Assembly (NCBI GenBank): GCA_963829055.1
Contig: CAWHHI010000016.1
Coordinates: 672,001 to 736,000 of the forward strand
From: an uncultured Gemmatimonadaceae bacterium
GTDB lineage: Bacteria > Gemmatimonadota > Gemmatimonadetes > Gemmatimonadales > Gemmatimonadaceae
Length of the DNA stretch: 64,000 bases
Reading direction: 5' to 3'
The translations under genes were made by a program, and so were the position numbers. This document shows positions 20,457-30,653 of the stretch, piece by piece (position 1 is the first letter of the stretch; the number at the start of each line of letters is the position of its first letter). Under the pieces are notes generated by a model that ran no database searches, had not been told where the DNA came from, and was given only the letters and a program-made list of their open reading frames with translations.

Positions 20457-23169
20457 CTACGCATCGCGGATCGTCGAGGCTGGATCGATCCGTGTGGCGC
20501 GGCGGGCCGGCACCCACGATGCCAGACCGGCAACGACCGCCACCAGCGCGGCCACGGTTACGAACGTCGCAGGATCGGTCGGCGACACCTCGAACAACAG
20601 ATCCGAAAGGAGTCGAGTGAGCGCCAACGCCGCGACGCTCCCGATCGCTACGGCGATGACCGCGAGAACTCAGCGCTTCGCGTACCACGACGCTCGTCAC
20701 CTGCGCGGCCCGCGCGCCGAGCGCGATACGAATGCCGAACTCGCGACGGCGCTGGACGACGCCGTACGAGAGCACGCCGTACATCCCGACCATCCCGAGC
20801 AGCAATGCCGCAACGGCGAACGCCCCGGAGAGGACGGTCGCGAATCGCCGCCGGGCGATACTCTCCCGGTAGAGCTGGTGAACCGTCGCCACCCGATGGA
20901 CCGGGAGCTCGGGGTCGAGCTGCCTAACGGCGCCGCGAAGGGCAGACCCGAGCGACGTGGTGTCGCCGGTGCCATTGGTGCGCACGACCAGCGTGAGCCA
21001 GGTCATCCAGTTCCAGCGTTTCTGTGCGAACGGCATGTAGAACGCGGGCGCCGCCGCTTCGTCGGCGGCCGTGGTCCGGGCGTCGCCAACGACGCCGACG
21101 ATCTGGAGCCACGGACCCGACGCCCCCACCAGGCTGATGCGAGCTCCCACGGGATCGCGATCAGGCCAATGCAGCCGCGCGAGCGATTCATTCACGATGA
21201 CCACGGGCGGCGCGCCGGCGCGATCAGCCGCCGTGAACGCGCGCCCGCGACGCAGCGGAATGCCTAACACGCGAAAGTAATCCCCGGCAACGACGCGCAG
21301 CGGCTGGGGGTCTTCACGCCCGCTGGCGTTACGAGATGGGCGGCCCTCGACGGCGAACGAGAACGTCGTTTCTCCCGTCGCGCCGAGACTCTCCGTGGTG
21401 CCGGCGACGCCACTGACGTTCGGCAAATCGCTCACCCGCTCCAGTAGCCGATCGTAGAACTGCACATGACGCACGGTGCTGTCGTATCGTGCGTGCGGGA
21501 GATCCAGCGATGCGGTCACGAGGCCGTCGGTGCGGTACCCATAGTCGATCCGCCCGAGTCGCTGAGCCGAGCGAAGCAACAGCCCAGCTCCCGTCAGGAG
21601 CACGAGCGAGATCGCGAGCTCACCGACGAGCAGTAGCGAACGCGTGGGTCCAGTGCGGCCACTGCCAGCGCGGTCGCCGGACGCGCGAAGCGCGAGCTGG
21701 AGCGACTGCCCGCGGAAGCGATCAGCAGCCAGGAGACGCACAGCCGGAGCGAGTCCGAACAACAATCCGGCAACGATCGTCGACACCAAGGCGTACGCGA
21801 GCACGCTGCCGTCCATGTGTACGGCCGTGAGGCGCGGGATATCGCTCGGTGCCAGCGCGAGCAGCGCGCGTGTGAGGACTGCCGCCGCGCCTACGCCGAG
21901 CGCACCACCGAGCAGCGCGACGACGAGGCTCTCGGTGAGCAATTGCCGCAAGAGCCGGCCGCGCGCGGCGCCTAACGCGCCACGCACCGCCATCTCGCGC
22001 CGCCGGCTCACAGCGCGCGCCAGCAGCAGGTTCGCGATGTTCGCGCAGGCAACGACGAGCAGGAGCGTCGCGCCCGCCATGAGCACGAGCAGCAGCGGTC
22101 GGACACGGACAACGAGGTCATCGCCCATGGCGACCACGTTCGTGCCGTATCCGGTCATGTACTGCGGATATTCGCGCGCGAGCCCACCCGTGATCGACCG
22201 CATTTCCGCGCGCGCCGATGTGATCGTCGCTCCCGGCGCGAGCCGTGCGACCACCAGCCAGTTGTGACTGCGACGCTCGTTCGAATCGATCTGGTCGTCC
22301 GTGACCGGTCGCCAGATATCGACGCCGGCAGCCGGAAACTCGAACTCCTCGGGCATGATGCCAATAACGGAGTGCGGGACACCGTTGAACATCAAGCGGC
22401 GTCCGATCACGCCGCGATCGAGGCCAAAGCGCCGCTGCCAGAACTGGTGACTCAGCACGACGATCCGTCCGTCGCCGGTCGCGTCATCAGGCACGAACGA
22501 GCGACCTAACGCGGCGCGCGCGCCGAGCGTCTGCATGAGCGACGGCGTGGCTTCGACGACGGTGATCTGCGTCGGGTCACCATCGCCAACGTAGCTCACC
22601 CCGTGTGGTGCGCCATGCGCACCCATGACGGAGAACGACTTCGCAGCGGAGCGCCAGCTCGCGTAGTTCCCTATCGACGCCACGTTGTGATCATCGCCAC
22701 GGGGCGACACCTCCCAGATGCGGACGAGCCGCGCGGGATCAGCATACGGCAGCGGGCGGAGCAGGACGCCGCGCACGATGCTGAAGATGGCCGTGCTCGC
22801 GCCGATGCCGAGCGCCAGCGTCAGCACGATGGCGGCGGTGAACCCTGGGGCTCGGCGCAATGACCGCACCGCGAATCGAACGTCCTTGCGCACCGAGTCC
22901 AGCAACTCGGACCACTCGTGTCGACGCTCCTGCTCGGCGCCGATGTCTTCGCAAAGCCGGCGCGCGCGCTCCATGTCGCCGAACTCCGTTCGGGCTCGTG
23001 CGCGAGCCTCGTCAGGCGAAACGCCGTTGGCCACGTGACGCGCCGCGATCATGTCGATGTGGAATTCGAGCTCGTCGGCAACGTCGGCCCGTACGTCAGC
23101 ACCGCGAAGTCGCAGATATCGTCGCCACGCCGGTGCGCTGCTCTCGCGGTCGCGCGGTTGATTCGTCAT
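20457..23169 (-). CDS. ADOP-type duplicated MacB/FtsX-like permease (frameshift near 20665)
   Basis: LALGIGASTAIFS, ACANIANLLLAR..RRREMAVRGALGA, RRREFGIRIALGA; C-terminal PARRATRIDP in a shifted frame ending at TAG 20457. Confidence 0.92.
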
Positions 23170-23176
23170 GATGGCC

Positions 23177-23521
23177 TCAGGCGCCCTGCTCGGCGGCCGC
23201 GAGCACCTTGCCGATGACGGACACGTAGCGCGTCCAGGTCTCCGCCTCCGCGCGAAGCTCGCGGCGTCCGCGTGTCGTCAGGCGGTAGAACTTCGCTTTG
23301 CGGTTGTTCTCTGACAGACCCCACTCGGCCTCTATGAGGCCGCGGGCTTCCATCCGATGGAGCGCCGGATACAGCGCGGCGTCCTCGATGCGGAGCTCAC
23401 CATCTGTCGTCTGCCGAAGCCACGACAAAATCGAGTAGCCGTGCATGCGTCCCCAAGCGAGCGCTTTGAGAACGAGCATGTCGAGGGTTCCCTGCAGGAC
23501 ATTGACTTCGGCGCGCGCCAC
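23177..23521 (-). CDS. PadR family regulator (ADOP-associated type)
   Basis: QGTLDMLVLKAL..MHGY, LYPALHRME, WGLSENNRKAKFYRLT. Confidence 0.95.
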   Translation of the reverse strand: MARAEVNVLQGTLDMLVLKALAWGRMHGYSILSWLRQTTDGELRIEDAALYPALHRMEARGLIEAEWGLSENNRKAKFYRLTTRGRRELRAEAETWTRYVSVIGKVLAAAEQGA

Positions 23522-23526
23522 GTGGC

Positions 23527-23584
23527 CTCTCCACCAAATGATTTAGGGGAGAGTAGGATCGTTCCACTAAACTGTCAAGGGGAG
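23527..23584 (-). promoter_or_regulatory. Sigma70 promoter of padR-permease with two imperfect inverted repeats
   Basis: TTGACA (23578-23573), 17 nt, TACTCT (23555-23550); IRs CTCTCCACCAAAT-G-ATTTAGGGGAGAG (23527-23553) and TCCACTAAA-CTG-TCAAGGGGA (23563-23583). Confidence 0.7.
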
Positions 23585-24556
23585 ACCGCGGACTGGCCGC
23601 GAGGCTCGAACGGCTCCATGTGCACGAGCACGGATGCGACCTGCGGCACCGCCGACTGAATTGCGCGCTTGACCTGACCACCAAGCGCGTGCGCATCGCG
23701 GAGTGATATCGCCGGTTCGGCCTGCACGTGAATGGTCGTTCGATACGTCAGTCCCACCTTTCGCAGATACAGCTTCTCGACAGCGAGCACGCCAGGGACC
23801 GCCAGCGCCGCGCGGCGCACTGGCTCCACCACCGTGGCGTCGGCCATGCGGTCCATGAGATCGTGCATTGCGGACCGCAGCATCGAGATGCCGTTGAACG
23901 CGATCACGCCCGACGCGAGAAGCGCCGCCCAGTCATCGGCGGATGCCCACCGCGTGCCGCCTGCGGCTCGACTCCCGACGAGGGCGATGGAGATGCCAAT
24001 GAAGGCTGCCGCGGACGTGATCGCATCGCTCAGGTGATGCGCGGCATCGGCCTTCACGGCAGTGCTGCCCGTGTCCGCACTGACGACAGCGACGCGACGC
24101 GAGAGCGTCCACTTCGCGAGCATGACAGCGACGAGGACCGCGAGCGTCCAGGGCGCTGGTAGCTCGTGCGGCGTTCGAATTTCGTCGCACGGCCTGAATG
24201 CCGATACCGACAGCGGCGAGCAGCAGCATGGCTGAAACGACCGCGGCAGCGAGCGCTTCCGCCTTGCCGTGCCCATACGGATGGTTGTCGTCCGGTGGCC
24301 GAGCCGCGATGGCCAGTCCGCTCCACACGATGAGTGACGCGACCACGTCGGCCAACGACTCCACTGCATCAGCCACGAGTGCGTACGTGTTCCCAACCAG
24401 TCCCGCGACGAGCTTTGCCGCCGCCAACCCGGCGTTGACGAGCATACCGACCTGGGCTGCGCGAATGCTGCGGCGAGTCGCTTCCACGATTGGCGCGAGG
24501 GAGGAGCGTAGTGTTGGATCGAGGCGCTCGTTCGTGCGGAAGTTAGTCGCCTGCAA
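23575..24556 (-). CDS. Cation diffusion facilitator family transporter (frameshift near 24190)
   Basis: ALVADAVESLAD, PPDDNHPYGHGKAE, ADAAHHLSD, C-terminal VLVHMEP. Confidence 0.9.
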
Positions 24557-25635
24557 TGACGCTCACCAACGGCGCGCTGCCCACGACGCAGTCGCGGGTT
24601 CGCGACACGGCGGGCCGAGCACGTCGCCTAACGCGACTCGGTCAGCCGGCGCCGCTGTGCGACTGAAGCTTACTCGAGCGTCAGTGCATCGTCGTCCACG
24701 GGAAGCACGTCATGTCGACGGACAGCAGTCGTCTCGACGTCGATCACATGTCTCCGAACGACGACTCGTCCGGGTCACCGTACGGACGCTCACCGTAGCA
24801 CCAGTCGTCTTCACGGCCGCCGCTCACGGTCGTCGAGCGCGGCAGCTCACGCGCGAGCTGTCTCGGGACCTGGCGATCATCGCGCCCGAGCGCATCGGTG
24901 GTGACGCGATCGTGAGGCGATCCGTTCGAGTTTCTGATCGGGGCGAGCCGAAGCACTGCAGTCTCGGTGCGAAGTAGCGGTAGGTCATGCGTCAACCTCC
25001 AACGGTCGGCGTGGACCGAACCGTACCGGGCCGAGATCAAGGCGGCGTATCAGGAATGTCACGTCGACGCCACGCTGTCGGCTGCTGGCGAGTCCGTGAT
25101 GCCAGCGCACCTAACGACGCTAACAACATCCTTCGCCTTGATCCTAACGCGGCGGGTGCCACGCTCAGCGCGTGAACGACTGGAACCTGACCGCCGATCT
25201 GCCGGTGGTGGAGCGAACCGCGGGGTCGAGCCGGTGACGTGGGTTACAGATGCGTCGCTGACTGCTGGCGGCCACCGAAACTAGACGTGCGCCAGGCTGA
25301 GCCGCGTGGGGTACCCGAGCCGCCTAACGATTCCTCGTCTGCAGCAGCCTCGAGCATGTGGCCCGGGCGTCATCGATATGTATCGCGACGCGAGACGCTC
25401 CCAGCCACGGCGCTGAGGGCTGTCCCCAACGTCCCATTGTTGACCGCGCGATTGGCGCGAAATTGCGCATGTTCTTCGTAGATCGGAGCGACGGTGACGC
25501 GGCGCGTGGTCAGCGCTTTCCGGCCGTCGCGACGTCTCTGCATCCCGACCTCCGAGATCGTCTTCGGGGAAGCCGCTCGCGCGGGTGCGAGCGTGCGCGT
25601 CACCGCCCGAAGCAAGCTCACCTCAGGAGCATACG

Positions 25636-26217
25636 ATGGCCGACACCCCGCCCACCCCTAGCACCCCCGGCGCCTCAAGCACGCCAAGCACCACGACCAC
25701 TCCGAGCACCTCCAGCACCGCGAAGTCCCCATTCAAGTCCGATCAGTATATGTCGCCTGGTAAGGCCGGGCAGTCGAAAGTGGAGAAGGCCGACCAGACC
25801 GAAGCGACGAAAACTGCTCGGGCCACGGCGGTGAAGACGGACCAGCCCGTCCAGAGGCTCATGACCGTGACCATAACGATCGACGCCGAATCGGCCGAGG
25901 TTGTTCGCGTCGAGGGCGTCGATGCGACCGGCGCGCGCCACGAGCTCTCCGCCGAGGAGAAGGCGAGCTTCATGAAGGAAAGGCGCGACGAACGCGTTCT
26001 CGCGTTGGTAGAGCATGCCTTCGAAGCCGGAATCGCAAGCGTACTCGGAGTCGGAGACGAGGAGGAGGAGAATACGCAGGAATCGCCGGAGGATATTGAG
26101 TTTCGCCGCGAACTGCTCGCGCCGCTGATCGAGCGAAGCGGTCTTGGTCACCTGAAGGAGCGGCCCGCGCTCAACCGGGCGATTCTGGGCACATTGATCG
26201 AGCACTCCATGAAGTGA
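25636..26217 (+). CDS. Hypothetical protein with Thr/Pro/Ser-rich N-terminus
   Basis: AGGAG SD before ATG 25636; disordered N-terminus, then a beta/alpha region with an acidic patch. Confidence 0.8.
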   Translation: MADTPPTPSTPGASSTPSTTTTPSTSSTAKSPFKSDQYMSPGKAGQSKVEKADQTEATKTARATAVKTDQPVQRLMTVTITIDAESAEVVRVEGVDATGARHELSAEEKASFMKERRDERVLALVEHAFEAGIASVLGVGDEEEENTQESPEDIEFRRELLAPLIERSGLGHLKERPALNRAILGTLIEHSMK

Positions 26218-26251
26218 GCCGTTCCGCCGCGTGGGAGTGCGACTGAGGTTC

Positions 26252-26277
26252 GCGACGGTAATAGGCGACGGTAATAG
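26252..26277. repeat. 13-bp tandem direct repeat GCGACGGTAATAG x2
   Basis: Exact copies at 26252-26264 and 26265-26277. Confidence 0.9.
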
Positions 26278-26337
26278 GATCCTGCGAGGCTGCTGGTTCC
26301 GCGTTCGACTCAACAGATGATCAAACAGGAGCACGAC

Positions 26338-27115
26338 ATGAGTGACAGTGCACGGGAAACTGAAGATCTCGCGAAACTCGCGGTCGGCGGCCGAATGATT
26401 CGTAACGGCCGGACTCGCCGCGCCCTCATCGCACGACTCCTGAGCGAGCAGGCGGCAGGGTCGGACGAAGAGGGAGACGAGGAGACGACCGACGAGGGTG
26501 GCGATGACGACCGCCAGCTGGTGAAGGCGCTCCTCGGTAGCCGCATGCTGAAGCGCCGCCGACTGCGCCGAGTCCTCCTCGCGCATCTCATCAGGGAGCG
26601 CGGTGCGAGTGAGGGTGACGATGAGGTAGAGGATAATGACGAGGACGTCGGCGAGGAGGAGTCGGGCGATGAAGATCGCAAGCTCCTGCGCCTCGTGCTC
26701 GGCAGCCGCATCCTGCGGAAGCGCCGCGTACGCCGCGCCCTCATCGCCAAGCTGCTGAGGAACCGCAGCGGCGCCGAGACCGACGACGATGAGTTGACGA
26801 TGACGTGGACGAGAGTGACGACGACATCGGCGAGGAAGGCGGCGATAGCGAGCGCAAGTTCCTCCGCCTCCTGGTCGGCAGCCGCATCCTGCGGAAGCGC
26901 CGCGTACGCCGCGCCCTCATCGCCAAGCTGCTGAAGGACCGCAGCGGCGGCGGCGAGACCGAGGACGACTACGACGATCAGGCGAGGACGAGGACGTGGA
27001 GGAGGGGCCAGACGTGGAGCGTCAGCTGGCGCGCCTGCTGGTCGGAGGCCGAGTCGTCCGACGGCGTCGCACACGAAAGGCTGCGCTTGCCCGCTTCCTG
27101 CGTAACCGGGATTGA
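26338..27115 (+). CDS. Five-repeat protein of basic amphipathic helices and acidic linkers (two apparent 1-bp deletions)
   Basis: AGGAG SD; five related units (consensus near L.GSR.LR.RR.RRALIA.LL) across frames 26317, 26805 and 26981-27115; exact 60-bp DNA repeat at 26699-26758 and 26875-26934. Confidence 0.8.
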
Positions 27116-27441
27116 TGTGCCCTGAAACGCAGCGAACGAATGGGTAATGCACGGCAGAGCAGCCGGAGGGTGCCCCGGCTGCTTTGTCGTGTGCCTTGGG
27201 TCGGCGGGACCGCGCGCCGTGTAAACCCGCGCTCGGCGGTGGAGCGTTAGGCACGACCGCGGACGAGCCGCGGCCACACACCCTCGCGGCGCGTCATCCT
27301 CGCCTGTCTCCTACTCACCGCTCCAGGCGCACTCGCGCAAACGCCAGCGCCTAACGCCGATCCGTCGTACGTTCGGATCGCACGGTGGCGCGAGTACGCG
27401 CGACATCCCGGTCGACATCGCTCCGATTTACCGTCGCCTCG

Positions 27442-28959
27442 TCACGCTTTCGGCTTCGCCTTCGTCCACACCGGCTTTTCGGGCAGCCGCTCACGGTCGA
27501 TGATGCGACCGTCACGCATCACGAGCGACAGCTTGCGAATGTTGTGAATGTCGGCGAGCGGATCGGCGTCGAGCACGAGCAGATCCGCGAGCTTGCCCGT
27601 CTCGAGCGTCCCGAAGTCCTTGAGCCCCTGCGACGCGATGGCGCCGTTCTTCGTCGCGGCGACGATCGCCTGGGACGTCGTCATCCCCAGCTCCACGAGA
27701 CCTTCGATCGCCGCGAGCGTTGCCGTGCCTGGCATCGCGTGCAGGTCCGTGCGCGGCATTCGAAGAAATTCGGGCGCACTGCTCAGATACGTATCGGTAG
27801 ACGGAGTCGTTATGCAGCCACCCTTGATCAGCGCCTCCGCATTCGCACGCCGAATGGCCACACCCTGCGTGCGCTTCTCGTTCCGTAGCTCCCAGCCGGT
27901 CTTGGCGCGCTGCTGCATCAGCTTGAGCGTGTCGTTCCTCACAGAGTCGGCCTTCGCCGAGTCCGCGCGCTGCCGCGTCTTGAGATAGTCCTTCCACGGC
28001 TTGCCGGTGATGCCGTTCGACAGGATGGAGCAGATCACCTTGCGTTCGACGATGAGCTTCACGAGCTCGTCGGGGATCGGCACGTTATGCACTTCTGGGT
28101 GCTGGATGAGATCGATGCCGGCCAGCACCGAAAGCCGCAGCGGCTCCGGGTTCGTCGCGTGCGTCTCGGCGATCAAACCGCGTTTGTGCACCTCGTCGAC
28201 GAGTGCTTCCTGTTGCCGAGGTGAGAACGTGATGAGGTTGTTCGTGTGGCCCGTGCCGCCGTACTTCACGAAGTTGGGGCCCTTGTCGAGATAGGCACGC
28301 ATGGCGACGCGCAGCTCGTCCGGCGACAGGTCGAGCAACTCTTCACCCGAGCCTTGCGCGATGAAGTCCATCATCTGCTCGTCGAAGAACGTCGTCGGCG
28401 TCGCGTTGGAGAAGAGCGGCGACTTGGGTCCGCCCCATCCGACGATGTTGCCGGCGACCAGCAGTCGTGGACCGATCAACTTTCCGCGCGCAATCGAGTC
28501 GCGCACCGAGATGAGCGGGAGCAAAGCGCCGTAGCTGTCACGGACGGTCGTGATCCCGTACTTCAGCTCCGTTTGCGCCGCCTCGGTGATGAGGTCGAGG
28601 AAACGGTCCTCGTAGCGCACCATCGATTCGCCGTTGTTGTACAGCGAGAGATGCACGTTCGTGTCGATGAACCCGGGCGTGACGAATTTGCCGGCGGCGT
28701 CGACGACACGGGCGCCTTTCGGCACTTGTACCGTTGCGCGGGGACCAAGCGCGGCGATGCGCTTGCCGCGCACGACGATCGTCGCGTCGGTGAGTGGCGT
28801 TCCGCCATTGCCATCGATGACCGTCGCGCCGACGATCGCGACGAGCGTATCCGACGACGCTACCCTTGACGGTGCGGCCTGCGCTCCGAGCGAGAGCGCG
28901 CCGAACTGGAGAACAACCAGCAAAGGTGTGACGAGCCGAGTTTGCGTTGATCGTGTCAC
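27442..28959 (-). CDS. Secreted amidohydrolase family protein
   Basis: Signal peptide; PGFIDTNVHL, GITTVRD, GTLETGKLADLLVLDADPL. Confidence 0.9.
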   Translation of the reverse strand: MTRSTQTRLVTPLLVVLQFGALSLGAQAAPSRVASSDTLVAIVGATVIDGNGGTPLTDATIVVRGKRIAALGPRATVQVPKGARVVDAAGKFVTPGFIDTNVHLSLYNNGESMVRYEDRFLDLITEAAQTELKYGITTVRDSYGALLPLISVRDSIARGKLIGPRLLVAGNIVGWGGPKSPLFSNATPTTFFDEQMMDFIAQGSGEELLDLSPDELRVAMRAYLDKGPNFVKYGGTGHTNNLITFSPRQQEALVDEVHKRGLIAETHATNPEPLRLSVLAGIDLIQHPEVHNVPIPDELVKLIVERKVICSILSNGITGKPWKDYLKTRQRADSAKADSVRNDTLKLMQQRAKTGWELRNEKRTQGVAIRRANAEALIKGGCITTPSTDTYLSSAPEFLRMPRTDLHAMPGTATLAAIEGLVELGMTTSQAIVAATKNGAIASQGLKDFGTLETGKLADLLVLDADPLADIHNIRKLSLVMRDGRIIDRERLPEKPVWTKAKPKA

Positions 28960-29216
28960 GGTCGTATGCGAACGGGTGTCGGGTGATGCAGCAGGCCGAA
29001 CACACGATAGAGGAAAATCGTTTGGAAGTCGACGTCGGTGGGGTGGTGATGCCCCTCGCGTCTACTCGAGTCGCAGCGTGCCTGGACAAACGGTCGACCG
29101 GGCGTGCGAGGCGGCTTGAGCCGAATTCGTCGGACTTCGCGCGTTTCCGAATGGCGACGCGCGGCCACCCCGGCTCGTCGGGCGCCATATTCCTCACTCG
29201 TCATCAGGTGTCGCAC

Positions 29217-29765
29217 ATGACCCGCCCAGCCCGCGCCATCCTCGTGTCGCTCGCCGCCCTAGCCTGCGGGGGCGGGCCTTTCGGCCCGGGGACACCCGCC
29301 GCGACCTACGAGGTCATGGTCACCCCGCGCGACCCCAAGGCGGCTACGTCTCGGTTCGTCGGCACGAACGCGGAGCACGTCGGTGCTCGTATTCCCATCG
29401 ACTCGAGGCAGACGATATGGAGGGCAAAACTGAGCATCCGGCTCATGAACAAGACTGGCGCGCTGGTGGGTGTCATGGACCTCGTCTTCCCCGACACCAC
29501 GCTCCGATATGGCCAGATCGAGCTCGAGCGCGGGCGCCTCGGTCCGTTCCCCGATAGGCTCGTGGCAACGGGGTACGTCGTCCGCCCGGATGGCACGGGC
29601 TTGTACCAGATCACGTCCGGGCAGCTGCAGCTGGCGAAGGGGGCTGAGGGCGTCCTGCAGGGCAGCTTCACCGCCGAGCTCAGTCCCGTCGTACCGGCCG
29701 ACGCAACCGCCGAGGTGGTCGCCGACGCGGCCGGACGATTCGTCGCCCGGCGCCTAACGTGGTGA
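29217..29765 (+). CDS. Hypothetical lipoprotein
   Basis: MTRPARAILVSLAALAC lipobox; beta-rich body. Confidence 0.7.
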   Translation: MTRPARAILVSLAALACGGGPFGPGTPAATYEVMVTPRDPKAATSRFVGTNAEHVGARIPIDSRQTIWRAKLSIRLMNKTGALVGVMDLVFPDTTLRYGQIELERGRLGPFPDRLVATGYVVRPDGTGLYQITSGQLQLAKGAEGVLQGSFTAELSPVVPADATAEVVADAAGRFVARRLTW

Positions 29766-29894
29766 CGCCGGTACCGGACCGCCCATCGCGCTCTAGCGCC
29801 GGCGCCGATGGCCGAGCGGGAGAACAGCACGGCTACGCGAAAGTAGTCGAGCAAGGGTACGTCTCCCGCTGCCCCTGGGCGCAGGATCGGCACG

Positions 29895-30145
29895 CACAAG
29901 GTGCGGGCGGAGGCCCGGCCGGCGGGGACCGCCGGCTGGGCGGCACGTTAGGCACCCTGATCCAGATGACGATCGATCCCGGAGCCCTTCCGCGGCCGAT
30001 GCTGCAGCAGGTCATAGCGACCGACGCGGCGATGGCGCTGGGCGGAGACATGCCGATGGCGATGTCGACTCCGGTCGAACCGGGCGAATCGCTCGTGGTG
30101 GCCGTGGCGCGCCTGCGGTTGCAGTTTGTGTGGCAGTCGCGGTGA
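29895..30145 (+). pseudogene. C-terminal remnant of a SIMPL/DUF541-like protein
   Basis: LGGTLGTLIQMT...PRPM...TPVEPGESLVVAVARLRLQF resembles SIMPL C-termini; no N-terminal part or credible start. Confidence 0.45.
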
Positions 30146-30223
30146 CCGGGCATCCTCGCGTTGGCTCCCTCCGGCAACGCCTCGATAGGCTCCGTTAGGC
30201 AACCCAGCTTCTGGAGGCGACGC

Positions 30224-30610
30224 GTGCTCTCGCTCCTGCTCGGCCTGGTCCAGCTTGGCCACACGATTGCGCGGACGGCACGCAATCCGGAATTCCGCGC
30301 GCTGCTGATCTTGTACGGCGTGCTGCTGGCGATCGGCACGGGATTCTACTCCCGCGTCGAAGGGTGGAGCGTTCTCGACGCGATGTACTTCTGTGTGCTG
30401 ACGCTGGCGACGGTCGGCTTTGGAGACCTCACGCCGCGCACACCGCTCGGCCGGGCGTTCACCATCGTGTACGTGCTCATTGGTACGGGCGTCTTCGTCG
30501 GCGTGGCTGCCGAGTTCGCCATCACGATCCTTCGTGGCCGCGTTGCACCCGCCGTAACCAAAGGAGGGCGACGTGCGGGCGATAGCCTCGAGGGCCGCCT
30601 CGACGAATAG
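30224..30610 (+). CDS. Two-TM potassium channel family protein
   Basis: EGWSVLDAMYFCVLTLATVGFGDLTP filter; GGAGG SD. Confidence 0.92.
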   Translation: MLSLLLGLVQLGHTIARTARNPEFRALLILYGVLLAIGTGFYSRVEGWSVLDAMYFCVLTLATVGFGDLTPRTPLGRAFTIVYVLIGTGVFVGVAAEFAITILRGRVAPAVTKGGRRAGDSLEGRLDE

Positions 30611-30653
30611 GTGCGAGGCGACGCCACCGCGTCCCGTTATCATCGCCTGAACG

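Noticed and set aside
24600..25600. Short ORFs between the CDF gene and 25636
   Set aside because: No convincing SD, motif or codon pattern; may be degraded DNA.
26699..26934. CRISPR array
   Set aside because: Only two 60-bp copies, protein-coding, and no cas genes in the window.
27245..30200. Integron attC sites, since GCCTAAC and GTTAGGC match RYYYAAC/GTTRRRY
   Set aside because: Copies lie inside core genes; the closest pairs are in the wrong order (27245/27349, 57079/57161) or about 200 bp apart (29752/29946) without a clear palindrome; no integrase or cassette array.
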